Of a stretch of DNA of 48,509 nucleotides, positions 29,509-39,369 are shown piece after piece (position 1 is the stretch's first letter; each line of letters starts with the position of its first letter). Below the pieces are notes generated by a model that was not told the DNA's origin, did not search any database, and saw only the letters and a list, made by a program, of their open reading frames with translations. The position numbers were made by a program, and so were the translations under genes. The DNA is from Gemmatimonadales bacterium. GTDB lineage: Bacteria; Gemmatimonadota; Gemmatimonadetes; Gemmatimonadales; GWC2-71-9. The stretch is taken from positions 1 to 48,509 of the forward strand of contig DASWDP010000051.1 in assembly GCA_036395195.1 (NCBI GenBank), given 5' to 3'.

Positions 29509-30117
29509 ATGTCGGCCACGGCGGCACCCGCGGCATCGGATCGTTCGGACTTCCGCACCGTCACCCTGGGAGGCGCCAAGCTCGGCGTCCTGACGGCGGT
29601 GGCGGTGGTGCTGTTTCTCGCCGTGTCCCGGTTCGTGCCCGCCACCGGCGGAGTGCGGGGCGGGATCGAGGCGCTGATCGTCCTCGCCGCGGGGGTGGCG
29701 GCGAGCTTCCTGCCGGCACAGTGGGCCGCCGCCCGCCAGGTCGAGGGGATCGCCGGAGCCGCGGCGATGGGCCTCGTCGGCACCGTGGTGTTCATGGCGA
29801 TCGACATCGTGGTGCTCCGGCCCTTCCAGGCGTATCCCTGGACCTGGGACGCGATCGGCGGCGGGAGTACGTGGTGGTACCTGCCGATCTGGTGGATGCT
29901 CGGCACCCTTCTCGCGTGGATCGGCGGCATCATTACGGCGCGAGGGGGCGAGGCGACGCTCGCGCGCCGCGCGCTGCCGGCGGTGGTCGGCGCGCTGGTC
30001 CTCGTGACGATCGCCCGGCTCGCGGGGCTCGGCTTCGTGCTCCCGTTCGTGACGGGAGTCGCCTACACCCTCGTCCTCGCGGTGCTCGCCGTCGTCGCGC
30101 TCGCCCGGAAGGGCTAG
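29509..30117 (+). CDS. hypothetical integral membrane protein (202 aa, ~5 TM, Trp-rich loop WWYLPIWWMLG)
   Basis: It is an ORF with hydrophobic segments and GC-rich third positions. I recognise no family. Confidence 0.6.
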   Translation: MSATAAPAASDRSDFRTVTLGGAKLGVLTAVAVVLFLAVSRFVPATGGVRGGIEALIVLAAGVAASFLPAQWAAARQVEGIAGAAAMGLVGTVVFMAIDIVVLRPFQAYPWTWDAIGGGSTWWYLPIWWMLGTLLAWIGGIITARGGEATLARRALPAVVGALVLVTIARLAGLGFVLPFVTGVAYTLVLAVLAVVALARKG

Positions 30118-30135
30118 CGGCGGGAGGGGGCGACG

Positions 30136-30420
30136 GTGCCCCGCTGGCTCGCCCACCTGCTGGTCGTCGTGGGATGGCTTCTGACGCCGATCCTGGCGTG
30201 GGGTGCGTCGTACGCCGGAATGTGGCTCGGGGCCCTCCTGGCGATGCGCTTTGCGCGCCCGCTGACGATGTTGCTGGTCGCGGGGAGCGGGGCGGTCCTC
30301 TTCGGATTCGTCGCCCTCGCCGTGTGGGTCCGCTTCATGCGCCGGCTGCCGCATCTCGTGTCCCACCTCATGGCGCCGCGCGCTTCCGAGGAGGAGAGCG
30401 CGATTGCCGCGGCCGACTGA
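30136..30420 (+). CDS. hypothetical small membrane protein (94 aa, 3 TM)
   Basis: It has a GTG start and three hydrophobic helices. I recognise no family. Confidence 0.5.
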   Translation: MPRWLAHLLVVVGWLLTPILAWGASYAGMWLGALLAMRFARPLTMLLVAGSGAVLFGFVALAVWVRFMRRLPHLVSHLMAPRASEEESAIAAAD

Positions 30421-31396
30421 ACGCTGGGGAGGGCGGCTCGCGCCGCTGCTGCTCTTGCCGGCGACGCTCGCTGCCCAGGGCCGTGGCATGGAGCTCCACC
30501 TCGGCCGCTGGTACAACGGCAATCGCGCCGACGTGTACGAGTTCCGCACCAGCTCGCGCCCGGGGCGGGCCGGCCCGTTCACGCACGGGTTCGGCGCCAC
30601 GCTGCTCGTGCACGACTCGCTCGGCCGGCGCCGCGCGTTCTACGGTGTGGGCTACGAAATGCAGGCGTGGCGCGGCCGGGCGACGTTCGGTCCCTATGCG
30701 CTCGCCGGCCTCGCCCTCGGGCTCTCCACCGATACCTCCACCCAGGAGCTCGCCGCGCAGTGGAGCGTCGGCGGCGGGGTCGAGTGGCGTCCCTTCTCGT
30801 GGTTCGCGCTCGGCACGGAGGTTCGCTACCGGCTGGAAGACCGCGGGCCGCGGGGGTTCTGGCGCCCCGCCGGCGACGCGCGCCGGGGGGTCAGTCTTGC
30901 GGCCGGGATCTCGATAGGCTTGGGGAAGGGGGAAGAGGGAAGAGGGAAGGGTGGATACGGAGGTACCCCGGAGCTTCCCCCGCCGGCGCCGCCCACGACC
31001 TTCACGGGGAATGCGGGAGACGTCGTGCAGACTGCCATCGAGTCCCTCGGCACGCCTTACACCTGGGGCGGTACCGCCGACAACGGGTTCGACTGCTCGG
31101 GGCTGATCCAGTACGCGTACGGGCAGCACGGCGTCCGCCTGCCGCGCATGAGCCGCGACCAGGCTCGCGCGGGCGCGGAGGTGACGCCCGTGGTCGACGC
31201 GCTGCGTCCCGGGGACATCCTGCTCTTCTCGGCGCGACCGGGATCGGGTGTGTCGCATGTCGGGATGTACGTCGGCGAGCTGAAGTTCATCCACAGCTCG
31301 AGCCGGGGGGTCAAGCTGTCGCGGTTCGACCCGGCCGATCCGGAGGGTGGTTACTGGCTGGATCGGTGGGTGGGGGCGCGGAGGATCATTCCGTGA
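30404..31396 (+). CDS. NlpC/P60 peptidoglycan endopeptidase fused to an N-terminal beta-barrel-like (OMP-type) domain
   Basis: The C-terminal region has YTWGGTADNGFDCSGLIQYAY...SHVGMYVG (catalytic Cys and His). The N-terminal ~170 aa show alternating-hydrophobic strands (YGVGYEMQAW, WSVGGGVEWRPFSWFALGTEVRY, GVSLAAGISIGLG). The start is TTG 30404 with a signal-like segment; ATG 30488 is an alternative. Confidence 0.8.
   Translation: MPRPTERWGGRLAPLLLLPATLAAQGRGMELHLGRWYNGNRADVYEFRTSSRPGRAGPFTHGFGATLLVHDSLGRRRAFYGVGYEMQAWRGRATFGPYALAGLALGLSTDTSTQELAAQWSVGGGVEWRPFSWFALGTEVRYRLEDRGPRGFWRPAGDARRGVSLAAGISIGLGKGEEGRGKGGYGGTPELPPPAPPTTFTGNAGDVVQTAIESLGTPYTWGGTADNGFDCSGLIQYAYGQHGVRLPRMSRDQARAGAEVTPVVDALRPGDILLFSARPGSGVSHVGMYVGELKFIHSSSRGVKLSRFDPADPEGGYWLDRWVGARRIIP
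30922..30949 (+). repeat. tandem heptamers GGGGAAG GGGGAAG AGGGAAG AGGGAAG in the inter-domain linker, with a single complementary CTTCCCC unit at 30974-30980
   Basis: Read directly from the sequence. It encodes GKGEEGRGKG. Confidence 0.7.
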
Positions 31397-31812
31397 ACCC
31401 TGGGCGTCTTGGCGTCGTGTCGCTTGTGACGGTTTTCAGCGCCTGCGCCCCTGCCTCGCGCTACGAGTCCCCCGACGCGCTGCGCGGCTACGTGATTCTG
31501 ATCACCCGGAAGGATTCGCTCGAACGGCAGATCGCCGACGGGTTGCGGAGCCGGGGGTTCACCGTGCGGACCCACATGAGGGGGGGAAGCCGGCCCACCG
31601 CATACCTGCTCGCCTTCACGTTCCGCGAAACCGAGACCCCGGCGCTGGCCTGGGTGCACGTCCGGCTTGCCGACACACGCACGGGGGCGATCGTGGCTGC
31701 GGTATCGGCTCCCCTCGACTCCCTGGGCCCGACCCCGGCGGCCCGGGCCCGGGCGATCGTCGATTCCCTCGCGGCAAAGCCCTCCCTGCGACGGCCTCTC
31801 CCCCCCTCTTGA
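31393..31812 (+). CDS. putative lipoprotein (139 aa), function unknown
   Basis: GTG 31393 makes a GTGA overlap with the upstream stop, and the lipobox is VFSAC. Codons 4-11 carry the octamer array GGCGTCTT GGCGTCGT GTCGCTTG (31403-31426). Confidence 0.6.
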   Translation: MNPGRLGVVSLVTVFSACAPASRYESPDALRGYVILITRKDSLERQIADGLRSRGFTVRTHMRGGSRPTAYLLAFTFRETETPALAWVHVRLADTRTGAIVAAVSAPLDSLGPTPAARARAIVDSLAAKPSLRRPLPPS

Positions 31813-31837
31813 CAGTGCAGGGGCGAGCGGAGAGATT
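31809..31837 (+). promoter_or_regulatory. putative groESL promoter TTGACA-N17-GAGATT
   Basis: TTGACA lies at 31809-31814 and overlaps the upstream stop codon. A weak -10 lies at 31832-31837. The position just upstream of CIRCE is the canonical arrangement. Confidence 0.45.
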
Positions 31838-31851
31838 CCCGGCAGCTCATT

Positions 31852-31878
31852 TTGGCACTCATTGTATGAGAGTGCTAA
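31852..31878 (+). promoter_or_regulatory. CIRCE operator (HrcA binding site): TTGGCACTC-N9-GAGTGCTAA
   Basis: It matches the consensus TTAGCACTC-N9-GAGTGCTAA at 17 of 18 positions and lies 55 nt upstream of the groES ATG. Confidence 0.9.
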
Positions 31879-31932
31879 TCACGTTGAGAAACAAGCACTT
31901 AGCACCAGGTACCGAGGTGGAGGCAGCGCACC

Positions 31933-32247
31933 ATGGCAACTGCAACGGCATCCAAGACGAAGCTCAAGCTCTTTCCGCTCGCCGACCGCGTGGCCATCCG
32001 GCCGACGGAGGAAACGGAGACGATGAAGGGCGGGCTGTACATCCCGGACACGGCGAAGGAGAAGCCGATCCAGGGTGAGGTGGTCGCCGTCGGCCCCGGC
32101 CGGCGCGAGAAAGGAGAGCTGGTCCCGATGGAGCTGAAGGTGGGGGACCGCGTGGTCTACGGGAAGTACAGCGGCACGCAGGTGGAGCTCGAGGGTGAGG
32201 AACTCATCCTCATCAAGGAATCCGACGTCATCGCCAAGCTTGGCTGA
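31933..32247 (+). CDS. groES: co-chaperonin GroES
   Basis: It contains [34 protein letters not shown] and [19 protein letters not shown] lies upstream. Confidence 0.96.
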   Translation: MATATASKTKLKLFPLADRVAIRPTEETETMKGGLYIPDTAKEKPIQGEVVAVGPGRREKGELVPMELKVGDRVVYGKYSGTQVELEGEELILIKESDVIAKLG

Positions 32248-32268
32248 GGCTGAGGGAGGAAGGACACA

Positions 32269-33903
<1,635 letters not shown>

Positions 33904-33939
33904 CGGCTAGACGCCCAGACGCACAGCGGTGAACAGGTC

Positions 33940-33977
33940 GGAGGGGGTAGGAGGTCTCTACCCCCTCCTGCGTTTTC
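33940..33977 (+). terminator. rho-independent terminator after groEL
   Basis: An 11-bp perfect stem GGAGGGGGTAG / CTACCCCCTCC with the 7-nt loop GAGGTCT is followed by TGCGTTTTCT. Confidence 0.8.
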
Positions 33978-33989
33978 TGGGGTATCTTC

Positions 33990-34385
33990 GTGACAATGTG
34001 GCTCATCATGCTCGTCTGCTCGCTCGCCGTCGCGCCGGCGCTCGCCGCGCAGACCGGTGGGGCGCCGCACCGTCCCCGCTTGGAAGGGAAGTGGCAGGCC
34101 AAGGCCGAGGACGAGATCCGCAACATCATGGTGCGGAGCGACAGCTCCGCGCAGTTCGGGGATCAGGTGGCCCGCTGGCGCGTGGTGGGCGACAGCCTGT
34201 GGCTGACGCTGGGCGACGGCGTCTGGCAGGTGTACGGGATGAAGCTCGAGAGCGACAAGCTCACCCTCTCGGGCGGGGATCTCGAGAAGCCGGCGACGCT
34301 GCGCCGGGTCGGGCCCGCGACGGCGCGCGCCGACTCGGTCGCCATTCCCCCGCCGCCCCTCCCGACCGAGCGCGCCTGGGACTAA
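33990..34385 (+). CDS. hypothetical secreted protein (~130 aa)
   Basis: It has the signal peptide MWLIMLVCSLAVAPALAAQ. GTG 33990 or in-frame ATG 33996 could be the start. I recognise no family. Confidence 0.6.
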   Translation: MTMWLIMLVCSLAVAPALAAQTGGAPHRPRLEGKWQAKAEDEIRNIMVRSDSSAQFGDQVARWRVVGDSLWLTLGDGVWQVYGMKLESDKLTLSGGDLEKPATLRRVGPATARADSVAIPPPPLPTERAWD

Positions 34386-34399
34386 ACCTAGACGTCTAG

Positions 34400-36244
34400 T
34401 TATTTCAGGTCGCGGATGTTCGCGATCCGCCAGCCGGTGGGCGTTTTGGTGAAGCGGATCGCCTGGCGTGACCGGGTTTCCCCCTGGGCGCCGCCCCCTC
34501 CCGCCGGCACGTAGGTGTAAATCGTGCGGACCGTGGCGTGCCCCGTGTCGCCGCGGGCGCTCAGCTGCTCCACCGCGTAGCGGGCGGTGAGCCGGGTGTA
34601 GCGCCGGAAGAAATTCTCCCACGCCGTGACGTCCTGGTCGGCCATCCCCGGCATGAGCATGCGCAGGTTGCCCACCCGTTCGCTCGAGACGGCGCGCTCG
34701 AGGTCCTGGAGCAGCACCGCGATGGCGGCCCGGGCGTCGGTCGGTTGCGGGGAGGGCGGGGCGACGCCGGCGGCCACCCCCACCTGCTCGGCGTCCAGCG
34801 CGGCGAGCCGGGCGACCACGTAGTCCATCGCCCTGTACAGCGAGTCGGCGCGCGCCAGCGACGTGGCGGCACGCCCCGCCTCGGGCCGTGTAGCCAGGGC
34901 GTGCACGACCGGCGTCGCACGGGAGATCGCCTGCTCGGCGTCGCGCCGCAGCGCGTCGGCTTCGCTCTGCGTCTTCCCGTACTCGGACACGGCGCTCACG
35001 TAGCCGCTCGCCGCACGCGCGGGGTCGCCCGAGCGGATCGCCCGCTCCGCCGTCTGGAGCACCGTCTCGGCGAGGATGAGCGAGGCGACGTTGTTCCTCA
35101 TCGCGCCGGCGCGGCGCGCCCGCTCGCGCGCGGCCAGCGCGGAATCGCGCTGCGCCGTGAGCGCGGCGTTGAGGTCGGGGGGCAGGGGATAGCCGATGAG
35201 CTGGTCGAGCGTGGCGGTGAGGAGATCGGTCCCGGGCGACGGAGCCGCGACGGGCGACGGCGAGCGGGACACGTAGAGCAGCACGAGCGCCGTCGCCATC
35301 AGGGCCGTGAGCGCCGCCGCCCGCCACTTGACCGGCGCGTGCGTGACCAACCGCAGCACGGCGGGCGGGATCGGCGTCCAGCGCGGACCCAGCCGCTCGG
35401 TGGTCTCCCCGGCGCCCGACAAGGCCGCCCGGATGCTGAACAGCGCGGCCTGCATCTCGCGGGCGGTCTCGTAACGGTCCTCGGGGACCTTGTTCATCGC
35501 CTTCGCCACCACGCGCTCGAGCGAGGCGGGAATCGAGGGCGCCATCGCGCGCAGCGGCTTCGGGTCGGTGGTCAGCACCTGATACAGCACGCCGTGCACC
35601 GTCTCACCCTCGAACGGCTTGCGGTAGGCGAGCAGCTCGTACAGGAGGCAGCCGACCGCGAACACGTCGGTGGCGGGGGTGATCGCGCCGTTGGTGATCT
35701 GCTCCGGCGCCATGTAGGTGGGCGTGCCCACGATCGCGCCCGACCCCGTGACATCCCCCGACTGGAGCCGGGCGATCCCGAAGTCCAGGATCTTCACCGA
35801 GCCGTCCGATCCGATGCGCACGTTCGACGGCTTGATGTCGCGGTGGATCACACCGCGCTCGTGCGCGTACGAGAGCCCCTGGAGGACCTCGATCACGATG
35901 TCGAGCTTGCGCTCCAGCGCCAGCGGCTCGCTCAGCGCGATCAGCTCGCTGAGGTCATGGCCGTCCAGCAGCTCCATCGCGATGAAGAGCAGCCCGTCCG
36001 CTTCGCCGAGGTCGTAGATCGTGATGATGTTGGGATGCTGCAGCGCGCCGGCAGCCCGCGCCTCGCGCAGGAAGCGGGCGCGTGCGTCGGCCGACCGGCC
36101 CACGTTGCCCGAGAGGAGCTTCAGGGCGACGTAGCGGCGGATGACCGAGTCGTACGCTTTCCACACCGCGCCCATCGCTCCCTCGTCGATGAGCTCGTGC
36201 AGCTCGAACTTCCCGACCCGCCGGTACTGCCCGGTTTGCGCCAT
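34400..36244 (-). CDS. serine/threonine protein kinase with one TM and a large extracytoplasmic region ending in an NTF2/SnoaL-like fold (inferred)
   Basis: It has the Hanks kinase motifs GAMGAVWKA, VALK, HRDIKPSN, DFG and GTPTYMAPE, and the TM AALTALMATALVLLYV. ATG 36244 is preferred over the GTG 36280 start of the raw ORF. Confidence 0.9.
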   Translation of the reverse strand: MAQTGQYRRVGKFELHELIDEGAMGAVWKAYDSVIRRYVALKLLSGNVGRSADARARFLREARAAGALQHPNIITIYDLGEADGLLFIAMELLDGHDLSELIALSEPLALERKLDIVIEVLQGLSYAHERGVIHRDIKPSNVRIGSDGSVKILDFGIARLQSGDVTGSGAIVGTPTYMAPEQITNGAITPATDVFAVGCLLYELLAYRKPFEGETVHGVLYQVLTTDPKPLRAMAPSIPASLERVVAKAMNKVPEDRYETAREMQAALFSIRAALSGAGETTERLGPRWTPIPPAVLRLVTHAPVKWRAAALTALMATALVLLYVSRSPSPVAAPSPGTDLLTATLDQLIGYPLPPDLNAALTAQRDSALAARERARRAGAMRNNVASLILAETVLQTAERAIRSGDPARAASGYVSAVSEYGKTQSEADALRRDAEQAISRATPVVHALATRPEAGRAATSLARADSLYRAMDYVVARLAALDAEQVGVAAGVAPPSPQPTDARAAIAVLLQDLERAVSSERVGNLRMLMPGMADQDVTAWENFFRRYTRLTARYAVEQLSARGDTGHATVRTIYTYVPAGGGGAQGETRSRQAIRFTKTPTGWRIANIRDLK

Positions 36245-36316
36245 CACACTGACTTCTAGAGGGAACTGGTGAATGTGCACAAACGGCTGCCCTGGGGCAA
36301 CCGCCGGCCACGCAAC

Positions 36317-37492
36317 TCAGCGCGTAGCCCAGTCATAGATACGGCCGAGCGCAGCACGCGTCGCCTCGTCCAGCGTCACGTCGCGGCGCGGCAAGACCCG
36401 CCCGGCGACACGCAGAAACCCGTCGCGGCTCACCCGCGCGGCGCCATCCGCGCCCCAGGCGAACGGGGGGACGAACTTCGGCGGCCGCACGGCGTCGAAC
36501 ACGTTCGCGCCCGCGCCGATCACGGTCCCGGTGCCGAGCAGCGTTCCGATCGCCGTCTTCGCGTGGTCGCCGACCAGGCTGCCGAGGAACGGCATCCCCG
36601 TCTCGACCGTCACGCCCGCGACGTCGAGCCGCACGGGACCATACGTGTTCTTCAGGTTCGACGTGATCGTGCCCGCGCCGAGGTTCACCCAGCGGCCGAT
36701 CACCGAGTGGCCGACGAACCCGTCGTGCGCTTTGTTGGCGTACCCGAGGAACACGCAGTTCGACACCTCGCCGCGGACGTTCGCGCGCGGGCCGATCGCC
36801 GACACGCGGATCGGGCCGCCCAGGAGGTGCGCGTTCGCGCCGGCCCAGAGCGGACCCTCGACCCGCGTGCCCGCGCGTACTTCGACGCCGCTCTCGAGCA
36901 CCACCGGGCCGTTGCGGACGTCGAACACCACGCCCGGCTCGATGGCCGCGTCGTGCAGCGCGAGCCACGCGGGATCGCCCAGCACGATGCTTCCGGCGGG
37001 GACCGGATCGCTCTCCCCGAGCACCCCATGCACGTCCTCGCGCAGCAGCGGCTCGAGCGCCGCGATCAGGTCGTATACCCCGTGCAGCACGACTCCGGCC
37101 ACGTCGACCGCCACGGCGTGCGGCTGCGGACCGTCCCACGTGGCTCCCGGTCCCCCCCCGATCCCCCAGCCCACCGTGACCCCCTGACAGGTCAGCCGGA
37201 AGGCGCCGTCCGGCCACGCGGGGGCGAGTCCCCGGGGCGCAAAGGTGGAAGATGCGATGATCGCCGGTCCGGTAACGGGGTGGCGCGGCGCGACGGGCGG
37301 CACGCCGGCCTCGGCGAACCCGGCGAGGTGGGGGAGCGTCAGGATCTCCGTGGCCTCGACGCCGACGAAGGCCTCCCAGCGCTCGCGCACCAGGTGCGCC
37401 CCGGCCCGCAGCTCGCACAGGGGCCGGACGCCTGCGAACGGCGCCCACCCGGGGGCGGGCTCCGGGTCGAGCAGATAGAGGGCGTGCGTCAC
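36317..37492 (-). CDS. putative sugar nucleotidyltransferase/acyltransferase with left-handed beta-helix (GlmU-like, alt_bact_glmU-type)
   Basis: It has hexapeptide repeats in the C-terminal half (VIGRWVNLGAGTITSN, LVGDHAKTAIGTLLGTGTVIGAGANV). GTG 37492 makes a GTGA overlap with the upstream stop. The raw 635-aa ORF extends spuriously into the upstream gene. Confidence 0.7.
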   Translation of the reverse strand: MTHALYLLDPEPAPGWAPFAGVRPLCELRAGAHLVRERWEAFVGVEATEILTLPHLAGFAEAGVPPVAPRHPVTGPAIIASSTFAPRGLAPAWPDGAFRLTCQGVTVGWGIGGGPGATWDGPQPHAVAVDVAGVVLHGVYDLIAALEPLLREDVHGVLGESDPVPAGSIVLGDPAWLALHDAAIEPGVVFDVRNGPVVLESGVEVRAGTRVEGPLWAGANAHLLGGPIRVSAIGPRANVRGEVSNCVFLGYANKAHDGFVGHSVIGRWVNLGAGTITSNLKNTYGPVRLDVAGVTVETGMPFLGSLVGDHAKTAIGTLLGTGTVIGAGANVFDAVRPPKFVPPFAWGADGAARVSRDGFLRVAGRVLPRRDVTLDEATRAALGRIYDWATR

Positions 37493-38499
37493 AACCGCTG
37501 CACCAGCTCCTTCAAATGCTCGGCGCGGCCGGTCGGCATCACTAGGGTGTGCCCGTTGGCGCGCACCACCACCATGTCCTCGAGGCCGATCACGGCGAGG
37601 TGCTCGGTGTCCGACCAGATCACCGAGCGGCGGACGTCGTCGGCGACGGTCACGTGGCCGACGACCACGTTGCCGCGCGCGTCCGGCTTGCGGATGCGGA
37701 GCAGGGCGTCCCACGAGCCGATGTCGTCCCAGCGGAACGTCCCGGCGACCACGGCGAGCCGCTTGGAGCGCTCCAGCACGGCGACGTCCACCGCCACGGG
37801 CCGGACGGCGGCGAAGAACCCGGCGACGTCGCCCGCGGCGAGCGCCGGCCAGCCGGCCCGGAGCTCGCGCGCGTAGGCGCCCGCCTCGCCGAGGAAGCGC
37901 GCCACGCCCCAGGCGAAGAGACCCGTGTTCCAGAGCGCGCCCCGCCGCCGCAGCAGGGCGGCGCGCGCGGGTGATGGCTTCTCCACGAAGCGGCGCACCG
38001 TGCGGGCGCCACCCAACGGCTTCCCGGGGATGATGTAGCCGTACCCCGTCTCGTTGCGGGTCGGCGTCACGCCGACCGTCACCAGCACGTCGTACTCCTG
38101 CGCGACGCCCAGGGCGTGCCGCGCCGCCGCGCGGAACGCGCGGTCGTCGCCGACGGCCCAATCGGCGTGCAGCGAGAGCATCTGGGCGCCGGGGTCGTGC
38201 TGCGAGATCCAGTGCGCGGCCCACGCGAGCGCGGGCGCCGTGGAGGCGGCGCGCGGCTCGGCGAGGATCTGCGCCCGAGGAACCTGCGGCACGACGCGCG
38301 CCACCTGATCCACGAGGAAGGGACCGGTGAGGATGAGCAGGCGCTCGGGCGGCACGAGCCCGTCGAGCCGCTCGACCGCCTGCGCGAGCAGCGGGCGGTC
38401 GCCGACGAGCGGCAGCAGCTGCTTCGGCCGCTCGGGGGTGGAGAGCGGCCAGAACCGGGATCCCGACCCGCCGGCGAGGATCGCCGCCCAGACGGTCAC
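37489..38499 (-). CDS. mannose-1-phosphate guanylyltransferase-like nucleotidyltransferase (no cupin/PMI domain)
   Basis: It has the N-terminal signature AAILAGGSGSRFWPLS....PKQLLPL and the block GYGYI. Confidence 0.85.
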   Translation of the reverse strand: MTVWAAILAGGSGSRFWPLSTPERPKQLLPLVGDRPLLAQAVERLDGLVPPERLLILTGPFLVDQVARVVPQVPRAQILAEPRAASTAPALAWAAHWISQHDPGAQMLSLHADWAVGDDRAFRAAARHALGVAQEYDVLVTVGVTPTRNETGYGYIIPGKPLGGARTVRRFVEKPSPARAALLRRRGALWNTGLFAWGVARFLGEAGAYARELRAGWPALAAGDVAGFFAAVRPVAVDVAVLERSKRLAVVAGTFRWDDIGSWDALLRIRKPDARGNVVVGHVTVADDVRRSVIWSDTEHLAVIGLEDMVVVRANGHTLVMPTGRAEHLKELVQRL

Positions 38500-38903
38500 G
38501 GCGCGTCCCCGGAGGTCGTCGGCGCGTCGCCCAGCATGCCGGCGATACGCGTCGTGAGCTTGCTCGGGCTGAACGGCTTGGTGAGGAGCGCGGCGCCCAG
38601 ATCCTCGGCCTCGCGGAGGATGCGCTCCTCGCCTTCCGCCGTGAGGACCATGACCGGCAGCCCGCGGGTCGCGATGCCGCCGCGCAGCTCGCGCAGCAGG
38701 TCGAGTCCCGAGCCGTCGGGGAGATGCAGGTCGAGCAGCAGGGCGTCGAGCGGCGTGGCGCGGTCGCTCAGCGCGGCGCGCGCCTCGGCGAGCGTGCGCG
38801 CGAGGCTGACCGTGTACCCGAGCCGCTCCAGGTGCGGGCGCAACAGCAGCCCGATGTGGGGCTCGTCGTCGACGACGAGAAGGTGCCGCCGGCCGGGCGA
38901 CAA
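38496..38903 (-). CDS. single-domain response regulator (CheY-like receiver)
   Basis: It contains LLVVDDEP, the phospho-acceptor block LLLDLHLPDGSG, VLTA and TKPF. The start is TTG with GGGGAG upstream, and there is a 4-nt overlap with the downstream gene. Confidence 0.88.
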   Translation of the reverse strand: MSPGRRHLLVVDDEPHIGLLLRPHLERLGYTVSLARTLAEARAALSDRATPLDALLLDLHLPDGSGLDLLRELRGGIATRGLPVMVLTAEGEERILREAEDLGAALLTKPFSPSKLTTRIAGMLGDAPTTSGDAP

Positions 38904-38920
38904 GGGAGCGCGCTCCCCCG

Positions 38921-39274
38921 TCAGAGCAGACCGGCGATCGCCGACCGGTGGCGCCGCAGGTCGTAGAGCAGGGCGCCCACGTTGGTCGCAGGCCGCACCA
39001 GCATGACCAGCAGCGCGTCGGCGTTGAGGACGGAGACGACGGCGAGGCCCGAGCCGAACTCGAGCACCCCCGTGCCGAACTCTCCCCGGCCTCCCGCCTC
39101 TCCCAGCTGCGCCAGCCCGTTGATGACGGAGGGCAGCAGGGCGGCGACGTTCTCGGCGTCCACGCCGTTGCCCGTGCGGGAGTCGATCGGCAGGCCGTCG
39201 CGGCCGACGACTACAACGGCGTCCACACCGGGTCGCCGGGCGAGCGCTTCGACCACATCCCGGATCGTCGCCAT
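38921..39274 (-). CDS. roadblock/LC7 (MglB-like) domain protein
   Basis: At 117 aa, with VVVVGRDGLPIDS....AALL..V......L and GLAVVSVLNADALLVMLVRP, it matches the roadblock/LC7 pattern. Confidence 0.8.
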   Translation of the reverse strand: MATIRDVVEALARRPGVDAVVVVGRDGLPIDSRTGNGVDAENVAALLPSVINGLAQLGEAGGRGEFGTGVLEFGSGLAVVSVLNADALLVMLVRPATNVGALLYDLRRHRSAIAGLL

Positions 39275-39326
39275 ACGGCGGCCAAGCTAGGAATGGGAAC
39301 TAGCGAAGTCAAGCAGTGACCGTGGG

Positions 39327-39356
39327 TTGACCCACTCGGCGGCGGTTCGGTATCTT
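39327..39356 (+). promoter_or_regulatory. putative promoter TTGACC-N18-TATCTT upstream of the lipoprotein-serS unit
   Basis: It has the same hexamers as 7282-7311 and as the rpsT promoter. The -10 element ends 13 nt before ATG 39370, so the leader would be very short. Confidence 0.45.
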
Positions 39357-39369
39357 CTCCGGCACCCGA

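Noticed and set aside
33983-33998. A leaderless transcript starting at ATG 33996, driven by the TATCTT box at 33983-33988.
   Set aside because: The spacing fits, but no acceptable -35 or extended -10 element is present, because the upstream sequence is the groEL terminator stem. I kept this only as a remark under the promoter finding.
36317-38224. A single 635-aa ORF that fuses the beta-helix protein with upstream sequence.
   Set aside because: The N-terminal 244 residues are an alternative frame of the guanylyltransferase gene (37489..38499) and are Arg/Pro/Gly-rich. A GTG at 37492 forms a GTGA overlap with that gene's stop and gives a sensible N-terminus (THALYLLDPEP).
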